Below the pieces are notes generated by a model, which was not told where the DNA came from, searched no databases, and saw nothing but the letters and a program-made list of their open reading frames with translations. From contig CM038998.1 in the NCBI GenBank assembly GCA_017499595.2, forward strand, positions 1,922,001 to 1,986,000: 64,000 bases of DNA, written 5' to 3'. Position 1 is the first letter of the stretch. Each line of letters starts with the position of its first letter. This document shows, piece by piece, positions 12,679 through 25,799 of this stretch. Made by a program: the position numbers and the translations under genes. Source of the DNA: Psilocybe cubensis. Lineage: Eukaryota.

Positions 12679-14704
12679 GATTCTGGTCTTCTACTTCTGG
12701 CGTTTTCGTTTGAATTACCATTGTCATAAGCGACATAATCTTTCATTCTATTCTAAAATCACGCTTGCCTTCTTTTGTGCAGGATGCTGTACCAATATGG
12801 ACAGTTTTATCAATATCAAAAACCCTTCTAAAATTATTTCTTTCTATTACTCTTATATTTCTAGGAAGATTGCATGTATAGACCTCGTCTTTGTCGTGTC
12901 TAACTTCCGCCGCACTCAATCCTTAAATATATATATATATTCTGCCAGTGTGTGTGGCACATAATTTGTATATTGATTCGACATGGTTGAAGTTTACCAA
13001 ACAACTGATTGAAAACAAAATTTAGGAACAAGGCATTCATTGTCCAAAACATGTGTGGTAAATTGAACAAATTACCTTGATAAGAATAGACCACATAATC
13101 AAAAGGGCATGCGCACCAGAACGACAGATAGAGGAGAACTTGGCAAACAATGGCGACATCCCGGTTTCCTTTCGATGTTATCATCAAAAAAGGTTTCTGT
13201 CCAATGTTGCACTCCACTCTTTGGGTTTGCGAGGGAAGGACCGAGGTGAACTGTAGCGATAGTCTATGTACCGATTAACATTGAGGAAATGTAAAGTTCT
13301 GGACCATTCCGCCGAAAACGGCGGTTTTATACATTAGAGAAGGCATGCGTAGTGGAGAACATACGCGTCAATCTTCGCGGGTTTCCTCTGTTTTCAGTGT
13401 TTTACACCATGTCATATGATGGGGTAACAATTTTTTGATTTTTTTGGCCCAAGTAACTGCTTTACGAATGAAGCAATAAAAATTCACAGAAGGAGAGTGA
13501 ACGGGCACCCGCATGGAAGCAAAAGGCAGGCGGTGGAAGAGAGCAAGAGAGGTGTATATAATTTACCAACACAAGCTTTGCCAAGGACGCCTCGATGCAA
13601 AGACGCCGAGCCTCCCTTGGGGGAGCCCGTCAAGCTTCTTGCCCAGTGCACACTGCATATACAAGCTTTGAGCCAGTGTGAACCTCGGAACGGAATACGA
13701 AGCGGGAATATGAACCGTTTTGGGGTTGCCATGGGCGCGATCCAGAATCCAGGCTGTCCACCTGCATGCAATTGAAAGAACATAATCTAGATGAGAACTG
13801 TCTCCAATTGTTCTCGTTGCGTGAGGTGCCGAAATTCGTCAAACATAATTCCACACTGTTCGATAGATAGCAGTATTCCAGTATGCCGGATAGAGGCAGT
13901 ACAATTCTGTAATGATTGCCACCGAGAATCCCAAGAGATTGAGTTGCTCTTCAAAGATCCAAATTGGATAGACATTTAATATTGGGAGTCGATAGGTACC
14001 AAGAACACCGGCAGTGGAGCTACGCTCTTTTCCATGGGACTTTGCTCCCGAGTAGTAAGTCTATTGGGTTTTATAGAGTCATTTGCATAGAGAGAGCTTG
14101 GAAGCCCTTGGTCATTGGACAGATGAGACTTTATTCAAACAACTAGGTGACAGGCATGCCTAAAATTGTGGTTAGCCATTCCTGTCAATGGAATATAACC
14201 TATCTGCAGTAGCTGTACAGTACTTCGAAGGGGTCTCAAGTTAGATGCCCGGTACACTGATACGGTATTTTGTAGAGAGGGCAGTGGGAAGCGTCGGTAA
14301 CGCTACATCGAAGAGCTTATTTTTAGTAACGATCGATCGACCAAGGAATAAAAAAGACATGCGGATCGACAAACAGATCTAATTTTAGATCCCATTTTTC
14401 CCCACTTCCTAATTAATTGCAATAGGGAGACCGGTTTATTTGTGCAGGACAAATTATAGTGTTACAAAGACTACGGTGGGAGGTTTCAATGAGGGTATCT
14501 AGAGGTCCGTGTAAGGTAATGAATGATAAGTGGTTTGCATATGGTATATCTTGAGCAAATCATGAGAATCAGGTATGAAGGGGTTAACTATGAAAGCTTA
14601 CCGCATAATCATAATGGGACGTCAAGGTCGTAAACGGAAGGGGGTACACAGTCAATGAAATAGAAAGATAGGCGTGTCGTTTTTTACAATACATGTATTT
14701 GGGG

Positions 14705-16332
14705 CTATCGCTTGTTCCCCGATATCCAAGAAACTTGCACACTGCCAACACCCGCAATGAAAACCTTGGCCCGAATCCGGCAGACCTACACGACCTTGTC
14801 AGAAATGCTATTGCAAGTAAATTTCAAGAAGCGTACTGTATCAGCCACTTCGGGGTCGCGAAAGTCAATTTGTAAATCTCCATTAGGCATCCTTGAGATA
14901 TTGCGGATATCGCCAAAGCTCTAGACGACGGCCAGCAGAAATGAGAACAGACCACAAAAAATGAATCAACAATTCATACCTCGCACCATCGCTTGATACC
15001 TTCAAACTTGCGAGTTTCGGTAACGCTCACTCCACTAACGATTAGCTTTTTCTTTTTGCGATGAGTTCTTGAATTTAGAGAGGAGAATTTAACGCGATTG
15101 AGTGAGCTACTGGACGGGTATGGGATCCCGCTTCGATTCGGTTCGTGTTTGTTGAAGCGATAGACGGGAGGGGGGTCAAGATCATCCTCGTCATCGTGAT
15201 TCTCATTAGGCGATGACTGATGCTTCAGAGCGAGAGGAATGCGCTGAGTAGCCTTGCCTTTTCCAAGAGTTGCACTATTATGCTCGTTTTGATTCGGCCC
15301 ATCTGTCTGCGGAGATGACAATTGAACGGAAGAAATTGAAGCGGAAAACATTTTGGACAATGTTTTCGAGGATTTCCGCTTCCGCACGCGCAGAGATTCG
15401 AAAACAGATATTTTTGAAGGTGATGTGGGGGCGACACTTTCCAGAGTTGTAGTCGTCCGAGATGTGTTCCACGTTGTATAAGTATCACCGGAAGAGACGC
15501 TCGGACGCGAAGGAGCACATTGGATGTCTGATCCGCCTACTGAAAGCTGAGAAATAGATGATTGAGGGAAATGGCCCAACACACTGGGACGCCATTTCGC
15601 GGGGGCGGAAGCGCGTGGATTGGTGGTGGCGGCAAGGTGATTTGAAGCACTAGTGGCTATGGTGCCCAAGCTAGATGAGCGTGTATGCTGCTGCGAGATT
15701 GCTGTGTCTACGAAAGAAGGTGGACCAGTGCTTGAGCGTGGGGTACGCGGAAAGAGGGACAAGCGAGAGAAAGCGCGAGAGGCTGCTGCTTCCATGCTAG
15801 GTGAAGAGGGAGCGGAAGATTTTGGGGCGCGGGAGAAAGACAGGTTGAGGGTTTTAAAAGACGGGGTTATGGAGTGGCGGGGGGATTTATGAGCACTCCG
15901 AGAAACGGGGGTAATGGGAACCTGAAATGATGCATGATGAATACAATACTTGGACTGATAAATGAAGGAGCATACCTGCTGCAAAGGGTCTTGGACTGTT
16001 GTTTTGTGTGGAATGTCGTCATCATCAACAAGGTCATAACTGAGTATGGATGCAAAATCATCCTCGGGCTCTGGCTTGCGCTCAAAGGAAAAGCGAGGCA
16101 GTTCTGGGTAGGCGAGATACGGACTTGTGGGGGACGAGCACGAGTGGGTGGGGGCGAACAGGTCATCGTCTGAGGGGGGGACATCAACATCAGCGTGTAA
16201 CTGCTGCTCTGTGATCCATTTGTCGAGCATGCTGGAGCGCCTATGCCTGCGGGTGTTGTTTGGCGGGATGTAAGGCTGCACGCTAAAGGGATCCTCGTCG
16301 GCGGTGGTATATGGCTGGTCGAGGGCGTCCAT
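14705..16332 (-). CDS. Ser/Pro-rich hypothetical protein with C-terminal RRM-like fold
   Basis: 452-aa ORF plus two small 3' exons giving KKKLIVSGV...IKRWCE|SFGDIRNISRMPNGDLQIDFRDPEVADT|VCRIRAKVFIAGVGSVQVSWISGNKR*. Confidence 0.72.
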
Positions 16333-16502
16333 GGCGGGGAGGAGAGGAGGGGAGATGGGGGACGGAAGAAAGGACTATTTGAAGGACATGAGGGAGAGTG
16401 AAGAGTGGATCGCTGCTTCTCAGACGCGTCGTGTTCGGAATCAACATAGATTTTGCTATATTGGGACTCAACCACTGCAACGAGGCAAGACATTCATCTA
16501 AT

Positions 16503-17401
16503 TTAGCCCAGCGATTCTACCACACCCTTCACAATATCTTTGAACAGTTTCCCCGTCGCTGTCTTTTCATATCGTTCAAGCAGCCGGAATACACCCCCAC
16601 CGTCCTCACCAACGCCCCCGTCTAGCACAGACACAAGTTCCGTGTCCACAGGCAGCGTTCCAAGGAATCGCAGTCCTTCTTTCCGCGCCATTTCTGACCC
16701 GCCTCCTGTTGAGAAAACGTTGCTGACTTCCCCGCAACATGGGCACGCATATCCACTCATGTTCTCGATAAGCCCAAGGACAGGCAGATTTACGGCACGC
16801 GTGAACGAGAGGCACTTCATCGCGTCCATGAGGGCCACGGCTTGCGGTGTCGTTACAATGACAGCTGACAGTCGAGAATGTACCCCCGCCATGTGTTCCA
16901 TTAGAGAAAGATGTTCGTCCGATGTCCCTGCCATGTCCGTCAGCACAAAGAACCATGTATGTTCCAAGGAATGCATTCACCAGGGGGTGTATCGATAACA
17001 AGGTAATCAAGCTCGCCCCATCTCACATCGCTGAGGAATTGTCGTATCATTCCGTTCTTTTTGGGTCCCCTCCATACTACAGAGTCGCCCTTGTTCTTCA
17101 GCAGGAAGCCTACGCTCATGCAAGCCACTCGAGCACTCGGCCCGTCCGCATATACCGGCACCCAGCCGTCGCTGCTTTGGTGAACACCCTGATCGTCGAT
17201 TCCAAACATACGCGGGATCGACGGTCCTGTAAGATCGACATCCAGAATACCCACTTTGACATTCGGTGAGGATGCCGCCAAGTTGAGCGCTAGCTGTGTC
17301 GACACCGATGACTTTCCGACCCCCCCTTTACCAGCTAGGACTAGTATGATATGTTTGACATTTTGCAGGCGCCGCGTCACCGCTGTCTCTTGTAGTGCCA
17401 T
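16503..17401 (-). CDS. CFD1: Cytosolic Fe-S cluster assembly factor CFD1 (NUBP2)
   Basis: [10 protein letters not shown]-loop, [42 protein letters not shown]; lacks the N-terminal Cys cluster of Nbp35. Confidence 0.92.
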
Positions 17402-17690
17402 CGTTGAAGTAAGTTATAGAGCATGTCGGGCTGTCTTTCTTCATGATTACGAACCAAACAAAATCATTCTGAGATTGTGTATTTGTCATCCTCGACTCAA
17501 TTTCAGATGCCCAGTACTTACTGGCTACATCGAGGGGTAGCAATCGTTAGTGTGAGAATAATATACAAGGCCGAAATTAAGGCTACATCATAAGGCATAA
17601 CAAGAACCTGATGAATGACAGTAGATTCTGCCACCACTCAGGTAGACACCGCCATCCAAAGACAAACATGGATTTGAAAAACCGTATCCG

Positions 17691-19037
17691 TCAAACGGCA
17701 AAGAGCTCGGGTTTTAGGTGCTGAAAACATGGTGGATATGACGAATATTTCATTCAGTTTCTACAGCACTCACCACTTTACACAGCCGAGCAGCGAGTCC
17801 TGCAAGCTGGACAAGTGTCCCCACACCCTCCAGAATTCTCATGTGTGTAAAGCCGATTTCCTATTGAAATCATGAGCATTTAAATATAAATATAAATAGA
17901 TGATATTACCTTGATGTACTCAAGCTTGGTGTATTCGGGCATTCTATAACACATTAATTCACTTTCGACTGGTGTGTGCGGCCACTCACTCATCAAATGT
18001 CTTCACAACCCGGAAAATGGTGACAACAATGTCCACAGCACTATATCCTTGTGTCCATAGCTCATTCAACCTATCCACAGCGGTGTCAACGTCGCCTTTC
18101 AGGCAAGCCCGAATGGTGGCCTGTATGATAACGGGATGCGGCTGATCGCAGACTTTAAACACGTTGTCTCCAGAGACGAAGCCAAAGCCAGAATGCGTCG
18201 ATTGCAGGTTGTTGATCGCTTGCCGCATATCACCTTCTGACGTGAAAATCAAAGCAGTCAGGCCGTCATCGTTGTATTCGACCTGAACAGGAAATAAAAA
18301 AATATGTTCTAAACTATAAATTGACTGTGCTCACTTTCTCCATTTCGCAAATCTCCAGCAAGCGTTTCAATATTTCTTGGTCTTTCAGTTTGGCATATCT
18401 CAGGATGGCACATCGACTTTGTATAGGCTCGATGATTTTGTTGCTCATGTTGCATGCAAGACAGAAGCGGGTGGTATTGGAGAATATTTCCATCGTACGA
18501 CGTAGCGCTTGTTGAGCACCCGGTGTCATGCTGTCCGCCTCGTCCAAAATGACAATTTTATGCCGACCTGGCGGGAGCGTCACTTTCTTTTGGGCAAATG
18601 CCTTGATTTTGCTCCGGACCACATCGATGCCACTGTTAAGAGTTAGAGACCAGATATAAGAGGTGTAAATGCTGCATACCGTTCGTCAGACGCGTTCAAT
18701 TCCAGCACTCCCTCTTTATACGCGTCACCGAGAAGCTGGTGGGCTAGACAGTGAATACTTGTCGTTTTCCCAATACCTGGAAGACCCTAGAACACGGTAA
18801 ATGGCGGAGTTTTATGGTAAGTGATACAAGATGCTCACTGAGATGATGATATGGGGACAATTTCCATCCCGGGCAATGATTTTCAACCGTTCAATCGTGT
18901 CCTGGTTGCCTACAATATCGTCAAGTAGCAGAGGCCGGTATTTTTCGACCCTGTCGATGGTCAGAAAAACACAACACAGATTAACGGGTTATAGCTCACC
19001 AAGGAAGCTCGTAAGGTACATCTGCCGCCTTGTTCAT
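17691..19037 (-). CDS. RFC4: Replication factor C small subunit (yeast Rfc4 / human RFC2 type)
   Basis: [68 protein letters not shown]. Confidence 0.93.
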
Positions 19038-19211
19038 AATGTTGTTGAAAGGTCGTTAATTGGACGACACCGTGACGTGGTGAAGGCGAACAACGCGCTC
19101 CGTCACAACTGTGACAATATCATTTCGAGACAAATGGGGAAAAAGAATTGTCGTGTTTGGTGTTCACCTTGGCAGCAAATATTCTCTTCCGACAAACTAT
19201 ATTCACCACAA

Positions 19212-20792
19212 ATGCTGTCAACGCATTTCGTGAAGACCACTCGGGCATTACCTGTTCATCGTAAGCTAACTGTCTGTCGTACCGCTATTCTTCCCTTGTT
19301 GACTGTAAACATGAGGCCAGCGAGTCTCTAGATGCACTTATTCTACAAAACCTCCGACCAGTGAGCTTCCTCAACCTCGCCTGGATTATCGCAGCATTTC
19401 CGAAAACGTGACTTCCAAATCACTGAATGCTTTGAACCGGAAAGCTGCTATTCCCAATGATGCCGTATCTTCTGTCGCAAGGGCCTACAGTGAACTGAAG
19501 CGGATATCGAGTGAGCTGAACAGTAAACGGAACGCACGTTCGGCTGTAGGAGAACGAGTGAGGCGCAGCTCCGATAGTGCTGAGAAGGAGGCTGCGTTGA
19601 ATGAGGCCGCAAATCTCAAGAAAGAGGTGAAGGACCTGGAGGCGGCGCTCGAGACGGTAGAGCAAGAATGTCTACTCTCCGCCCTTTCACTTCCAAACGA
19701 CACACATCCCAGTGTTCCTCTGGGCCCAGAATCTGCCGCGACCGTCCTTTCGACTCATGGGCCCCCTGTCTTGCCCTCCAATCCGAAAAGGGATCATGTA
19801 ACTGTCTGTGACCATTTTGGGCTCCTTGATCTTAAGAGTGCCTCAGTGGTTTCAGGAACTTCGTGGTACTATCTTCGTCATGAAGCTGCCCTTCTGGAGC
19901 TTGCCCTGACAAATTATGCTATGAGCATTGCTGTGCAACATGGTTTTACCCCTATGATGACTCCGGATGTTGTCCGTTCTGATATCGCCGTTAGATGCGG
20001 ATTTCAGCCAAGAGATGACTCCAACCCTCCAGTATCTCACATGTACCACATATCACCCACCAATCCCTCGTCTCCGGAACTTGTTTTAGCTGGAACTTCC
20101 GAAATTCCGTTGGCAGGCACATTTGCCAACAAAGTCTACTCTTCACTGAGTCTACCTCTTAAAATTGTAGGCCTTGGCCACGCCTTCCGTTCAGAGGCCG
20201 GTGCTCGATCGGCTGACACTCGTGGCTTATATCGCGTACATCAATTTACTAAAGTTGAACTGTTCTCCGTCACAACAGATGATGCCAGTGAAAACATGAT
20301 GGAAGAGATGTTGTCCATACAAAAGCAAATACTCCAAGGGCTCAATTTATCTTTCAAGTCCGTTCAACTCTATTCTTGATTATTGGTCATCTACTTACCA
20401 CATCTACTCACAGGGTTCTTGACATGCCTACAGAAGAATTAGGTGCTAGCGCATATCGGAAATATGATATTGAAGCGTGGATGCCTGGACGCGGTTCATG
20501 GGGAGAAGTATCATCATTGTCAAATTGCACCGATTATCAATCTCGCCGACTACACATTCGCTATCGCCCTCAAGGAGGCGTTACTGACACGCCATTACCG
20601 CGCCTTCCTTTTGCGCATACATTAAATGGCACTGCGGCGGCGATACCCCGATTAATTGTTGCTCTCATTGAAAACGGCGTGCAATTCAACGACAAAGAAG
20701 AGATTACAGGAATACGACTTCCTCACGCGCTTAGGCCGTTCTGGATCAAGAGTGGGGTGAGAGATATCATACGATGGGACGACACTGATTAA
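19212..20792 (+). CDS. Seryl-tRNA synthetase, probably mitochondrial (Dia4/SARS2 type); first-exon junction uncertain
   Basis: N-terminal coiled coil, [17 protein letters not shown]...[55 protein letters not shown]; basic presequence-like start. Confidence 0.9.
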
Positions 20793-21057
20793 TATTTCTG
20801 AAACCATCTTATTCGCCAAACGTATATACCTTTGCACTTGACCTGTCACGGTCATATTCAACGGGCAATAATTACTGGATGCAAATGGGTAAAGATGGAG
20901 CACAATGTCATAAATTATGTATATATGTAAGTCATCAGTAAATTCAGGTCTTTCCAAAGCGAGAGAATAATTCGTGTGTCAAAGGCATAGTAAGTTCCGC
21001 ACAAAGCTCCAACTACAACCAGATAAATCAAATCACTGTGCTTCACAGCCAGTATAA

Positions 21058-22871
21058 TTATGTATCCGCGAAAGGATCCGCGAACGGATCAAGTTCTCGG
21101 GCTTGGCCCTTTGTTGGGGGAGTATCTTCGTTATCTGATACCGTAACGTACGCCCGTCTAGTGGATGGGCCAGGGTTTCGTTTATGGGTCTCCTCGTCGG
21201 AAGATTCATAATCACTATACTCTGACAAGGATCCCCGATGGTCAGGTATTTCCTGTTCGTCGTCCGAGAGTGTAGAAGGTCGCATAGGTGCCGGAAGTTT
21301 AGATGAAGCCTCACCCAGAGCTCCAAAGCTCAGGTCCTCTAAATCGGGGTGGATATGTACAGGGTGTTCCTCGATGCGCTGTTTCCCTTTGGCGGTACTA
21401 TCAAAATTGGGAGTGGTATTGCTTGACGGTGAGCTGATTGTGGTTGCAGCTAATGTTGATGTAATGGTTCCTGTACCGTCAGCCTTGGAGTCCGTGAATC
21501 CTGTTAATGATTCGTATGTTTCAATCGCAGACATTAACCGGTCGTTTGTTTCAATTAATGTCCCAATGACTTCTTCGTTTTCGACCAACTGATGCGAAGT
21601 GTGTCAATAACCCGGTCTTGATAAAACAGGGTGACCTCTACCTGTATGTACCGTACCACAGCTTTGCGAGCCTGTTTTGCCTTTTGGAGGCACTCCTGAA
21701 CGCGTTCATTCGTTTCCAAACTGTCGGTATCCAGGTTAACCAGCTACAAAAAAAATCAATAGATGTAACTAATTGAATGACATGGAAGGAACCTTACAGT
21801 TATCGCATTTACTAAATTGTTCGAGGCTTGAGACGCATCCACAATACTGGCGAGTACGACCGCCTTGTGCTGCACCGATCTTTAACGCCGATCAAGGGAA
21901 ATAAAAAAGAGATACACACTTTCTCAAACTCGAATGGTTCCCTCTTCTTTTTATTTCTTTTTTCGGCTTCGAGTCTGGCCCTTTCCTCTTTTTCCCTCTT
22001 TTTCTTTTTCTTCGCCTCCCTTTCCTCGGCCCACTTTTTCTCTTCAACCGCTAGATTATACCCCATCAAGTTTGCTAGCTCCTGGTGGTTCACGTACTCA
22101 TCTCGCCGGGGCTTAGACAGATTTGTGACAGCAGACATGGAAGGGTCATCTTTATATTGCTCTTGCCAAGATGCAAGAACCAGAGAAAGTTTCTTCTTCA
22201 CTCGCCTGTCCGTACTCGGGTCGTTCAAGAGATTTCTTATGGTATCTGTCATCTGTCCATCGGCAAAGGTACCTTTTTTCGTTGGTCAAGTTTAGAAGGC
22301 TTATATTCTCTGACCCTCAATTATTTGCAGCCCAACTCACTTTGGAATTTCTGGCCGCAATTCTCGACGAGAGCTTTCAGGATCTAATCGGATCGGGTTA
22401 TATCGAGCGTACCATGTGAGGATGATCTAGAATACATACAACCAACGCACGATACTGCTGATGAGCATTGCCATGCTTGAGCTTCTTCCTCAGCGCTCGC
22501 GATGCTTCAGCAGGCCTGAAAGATAAGAAATATCGAGTGAGAAGATCTATTAATTGTCAATCAGGGAATTTGCAAACGACAGACCCTGAAGCTTGGAGCT
22601 TAATCGAATCAACTAGTTCGGGTATTCTGGAGAAAACGTGTCGCACAGGCAAGTAAGAGATTAAGCATGCCTGATTATATTACGGTATACGCACCCATCG
22701 TAGGCCTCTTCCGCGATGTTAGCCGATGTTAGGATTTCCACCCAATCTGTGATAGAAGACTAGATGTAGACCACCGATTATCAAACTAGTATAGCTGCGG
22801 GCAACTATTAATCCACGAACATGTGGCTTCTCTCTGCCAAAGGCATGTCTTGCAAAGCTCAGGGCCGACAT
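21058..22871 (-). CDS. VHS/GAT-domain trafficking protein, LSB5-like
   Basis: KPH|SSITDWVEILT, EASRALRKKLKHGNAHQQYRAL, ALVENCGQKF, GAT segment IGTLIETNDRL, acidic tail ending DPFADPFADT. Confidence 0.8.
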
Positions 22872-23099
22872 AAGGATGATAGAGATGAGAGACGGATGAA
22901 GAGGAGCTCGGATTTGCGGTAACCGATTCCGTCCCAGAACTTAAGGGAAAGGATTGCGATACTAAGTAATGAGATTATGTAATAACGACGTAAACAACAT
23001 CAGGTGCATGAATCAGGCGTGAATACATAAAATCGTCAAGTCAAGTACAAGGACAAGAAGTTAAAGAGTTAAGTTAGCGGATATAATATGTTTGCGCAT

Positions 23100-24433
23100 T
23101 CATGACGCGTCACCTGCACTCGACGCGTTGGGTCCATCGTTAATATTGCCGTTCATCGATTGATGGGCGCTGGGTGTTGGTTGTATCTGGGCGGATGTTG
23201 GCCCTTGATTCCTGGAGAGATTGAGAACATGGCTCATGGTATGTTGGGGTGATATTCCCATTGGACTTTCGAGATAGAGCCGGATGAGGATGCTTTCCAG
23301 GGCAGCTGTGCTCGCGACGGGGTATTCAAAGGCTCGAGCGTGATCTCGTATCGTTTGGAATAGGGTCGCCATATTGTCCCATCGTTCTTGGGGAAGGGAC
23401 TGTCCCTGGTTTGGCACCGGCTGCTGGTTTTGGAGACCAAAAGGAGTGACAGCAGAGGCAAAGTTGTATGGCTGGGCAGGCTGGGGAGTGAAAGGCTGTC
23501 CAGGCAAGGGAGCCAACATCGAAACGGCAGAGTTAAAGGAGACACCTGGGACGGGCTGCTGCTGTTGCTGTTGCTGTTGCTGTTGGTGGAGATGAGTGGA
23601 TTGATGAGGGATCATTGCTGAACTGCTGGACGATGCCACTTGTTGTGATGGCTGCTGCTGCTGCTGCTGCTCTGATGCGGCCACACTCTTGTTGCGGCCG
23701 CGTTCTTTTTCACTCTGAACAGCGGCTTTGCGACCACGACGCGTAAATGGCAGGTTGGCAGGGCCAATCTCATGAGAGTGGGCGGATATGTCTGTACAGC
23801 TGATCAATTGACATCACAAGGGATCGCCAATTAAAGGAACGTACAGCATGCGCGTACTTCCTCGGTGTCGAAATAGGTTTTGTAGCTTATTGAAGCCTGA
23901 CAGCCTTGTCCCTCGAGCTAGCGATGAAGATAAGCGACGAGACAGACGAGGAAACGAATGTACTGGGCCAGACCTTGCGACTGGGAACCTTGCGAACACG
24001 GTCCGGATGTTTCTTGACATACTTTTTGCGACCACTACGGGAATGCCTTGCACAGACGAGCTTTGTGTGGTCTTTGAAACGAGGAGGATCTGCCTTGCTG
24101 CCGTGGGTATCACCCTGGGAGTGGCGATAAGAATGGAGGAAGAAAGATGGAAGAAAAGAGACGGACCTTGACAAACTCGACACAGTGACGCTCCTCCTCT
24201 GCGGCACGCCAGTCCTGGAAGGCGGCGAGGTTTGGAAAGACGAGGGTATAGCCGTCGTCGGAGTCGCCTGAACCGTAAGGCTGCTTGGCGGGAGTGATAG
24301 TAGCTGGAAAAGAGGAAGGTCAGGGTTGAAGAAAGAAAAAGAAAAGAAACGGACGGGGAGGCTGCTGGGTTGACTGTTGCTGAAGGGGCTGATGGAGGGG
24401 AAGCTCTCCCAGGCGAAAATGCTGAAAGCTCAT
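23100..24433 (-). CDS. Putative transcription factor with WRKY/GCM1-like (FAR1/Aft/MULE-type) C2H2 zinc ribbon and Gln-rich region
   Basis: Hand-spliced [26 protein letters not shown]...[14 protein letters not shown]...[22 protein letters not shown]...[18 protein letters not shown]; poly-Q tracts downstream. Confidence 0.68.
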
Positions 24434-24532
24434 TTTGACGACAATTCGCGCTGGTCGTTCCAAATACATCCCGTTTTCGAGACAATTTTGATAATTCTTC
24501 CTTGTCACTGTCACGTCACCCTCTTTTCTACC

Positions 24533-25705
24533 ATGACTTCCTCCCTCAGAAACTCAATCCACAGGCGCAACCACAAGGAGCGCTCACAGCTCGCCCACAG
24601 GGCAAAGCTTGGTCTCCTCGAGAAACATGCCGACTATGTCAAGCGTGCTCGCGACTACCACTCCAAGCAGGTCCGTCTTCTCCGTCTCAGGCAGAAGGCC
24701 GCAGAGCGCAACAAGGATGAGTTCTACTTTTCCATGCTCAAGGAGAAGACAAAGGTCCGTTCCCTCTTGCCACCCCCGCACCTCCACCCCACTCATCTCT
24801 CGTCTAGGGCGGCGTACACCACAAGGACAGAGGAAACGTAGCACTTCCTACCGATATCGTCAAAGTCCTCAAGTCCCAGGACGAGAATTACGTTCGCACC
24901 ATGCGCACATCAGGCCTCAAAGTATGTCACTCTTGCTCAAATCTCACATCCATCCTGATCTTACAAATCACTCAGAAAATAGACAAAATCAAAAATAATC
25001 TCATGGAGATGGCGGATTTGCTCCATACCCCCGCCGAAGAGATAGACGAGCCAGACCTGGATGAGCGCGAGTTGAAGATCCTGCAAGCCGCTCGCATTCT
25101 CCACACCTCAGGCAAGGCTTCTCGGAAACGAAAGCATATTTTGTTCGCAGAGTCTGCCGAAGAAGGTCATCCCCATCCAGTCTCCATTTTGTCTGCTCAT
25201 ACTGACTGATTTCTCAGCTGCCCGTTTGTCTGCAAAGGGCAAAGGCAAGGAGACTATCCAGGATCCAGCCGAAGAATTGTCACATGAGACGCTAGAAGAG
25301 GTCGACTTGGGATGGAAATCAACAGAAGCCAAGAAAAAGTCAAGGCGAAAATCTGCGGATAGTGCAACGGGCAATCAATCAGAATCCAGCCTCTTGACCG
25401 AAACTGTGCAACGAGATGTGGAAAAGCGCCGCAAACTGCTCAAAGAACTTTCCGCCAGACTGGATCGCGATCGACAGTTGCGGTATGCAGAACGTGAATT
25501 CGAGATGCAGCGACAACTGATGGGAAAGGGTGCCCGAAAGAAGATACAGGGTGTTGAAAAGGTCGAAGGAGACGAAGAGGAAGAGGAAAATGAAGACGAA
25601 ATCGACGCACGAAAAGGCAGGAGAAGGCAGCCTGCATCGAGACAAATAGATGAAGAAACTTACCGACCCCGAGTTTACAAATGGCGTTTAGAACGTAAAC
25701 GTTGA
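24533..25705 (+). CDS. UTP11: U3 snoRNP / SSU processome protein UTP11
   Basis: [40 protein letters not shown]...[10 protein letters not shown]...YKWRLERKR*. Confidence 0.95.
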
Positions 25706-25799
25706 AACTGGGGTTTCCTTCCAAAAGTATTTTTGCATCTTGCTCTTTGTATCCGTGATAGATTCCAATGTCCAGGTGTATGTAATTATTAATCAAGGT

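Noticed and set aside
13484-13979. Two same-frame minus ORFs split by one TAG, and a Cys-rich 62-aa plus ORF
   Set aside because: No recognisable motif or convincing splice structure; likely chance ORFs
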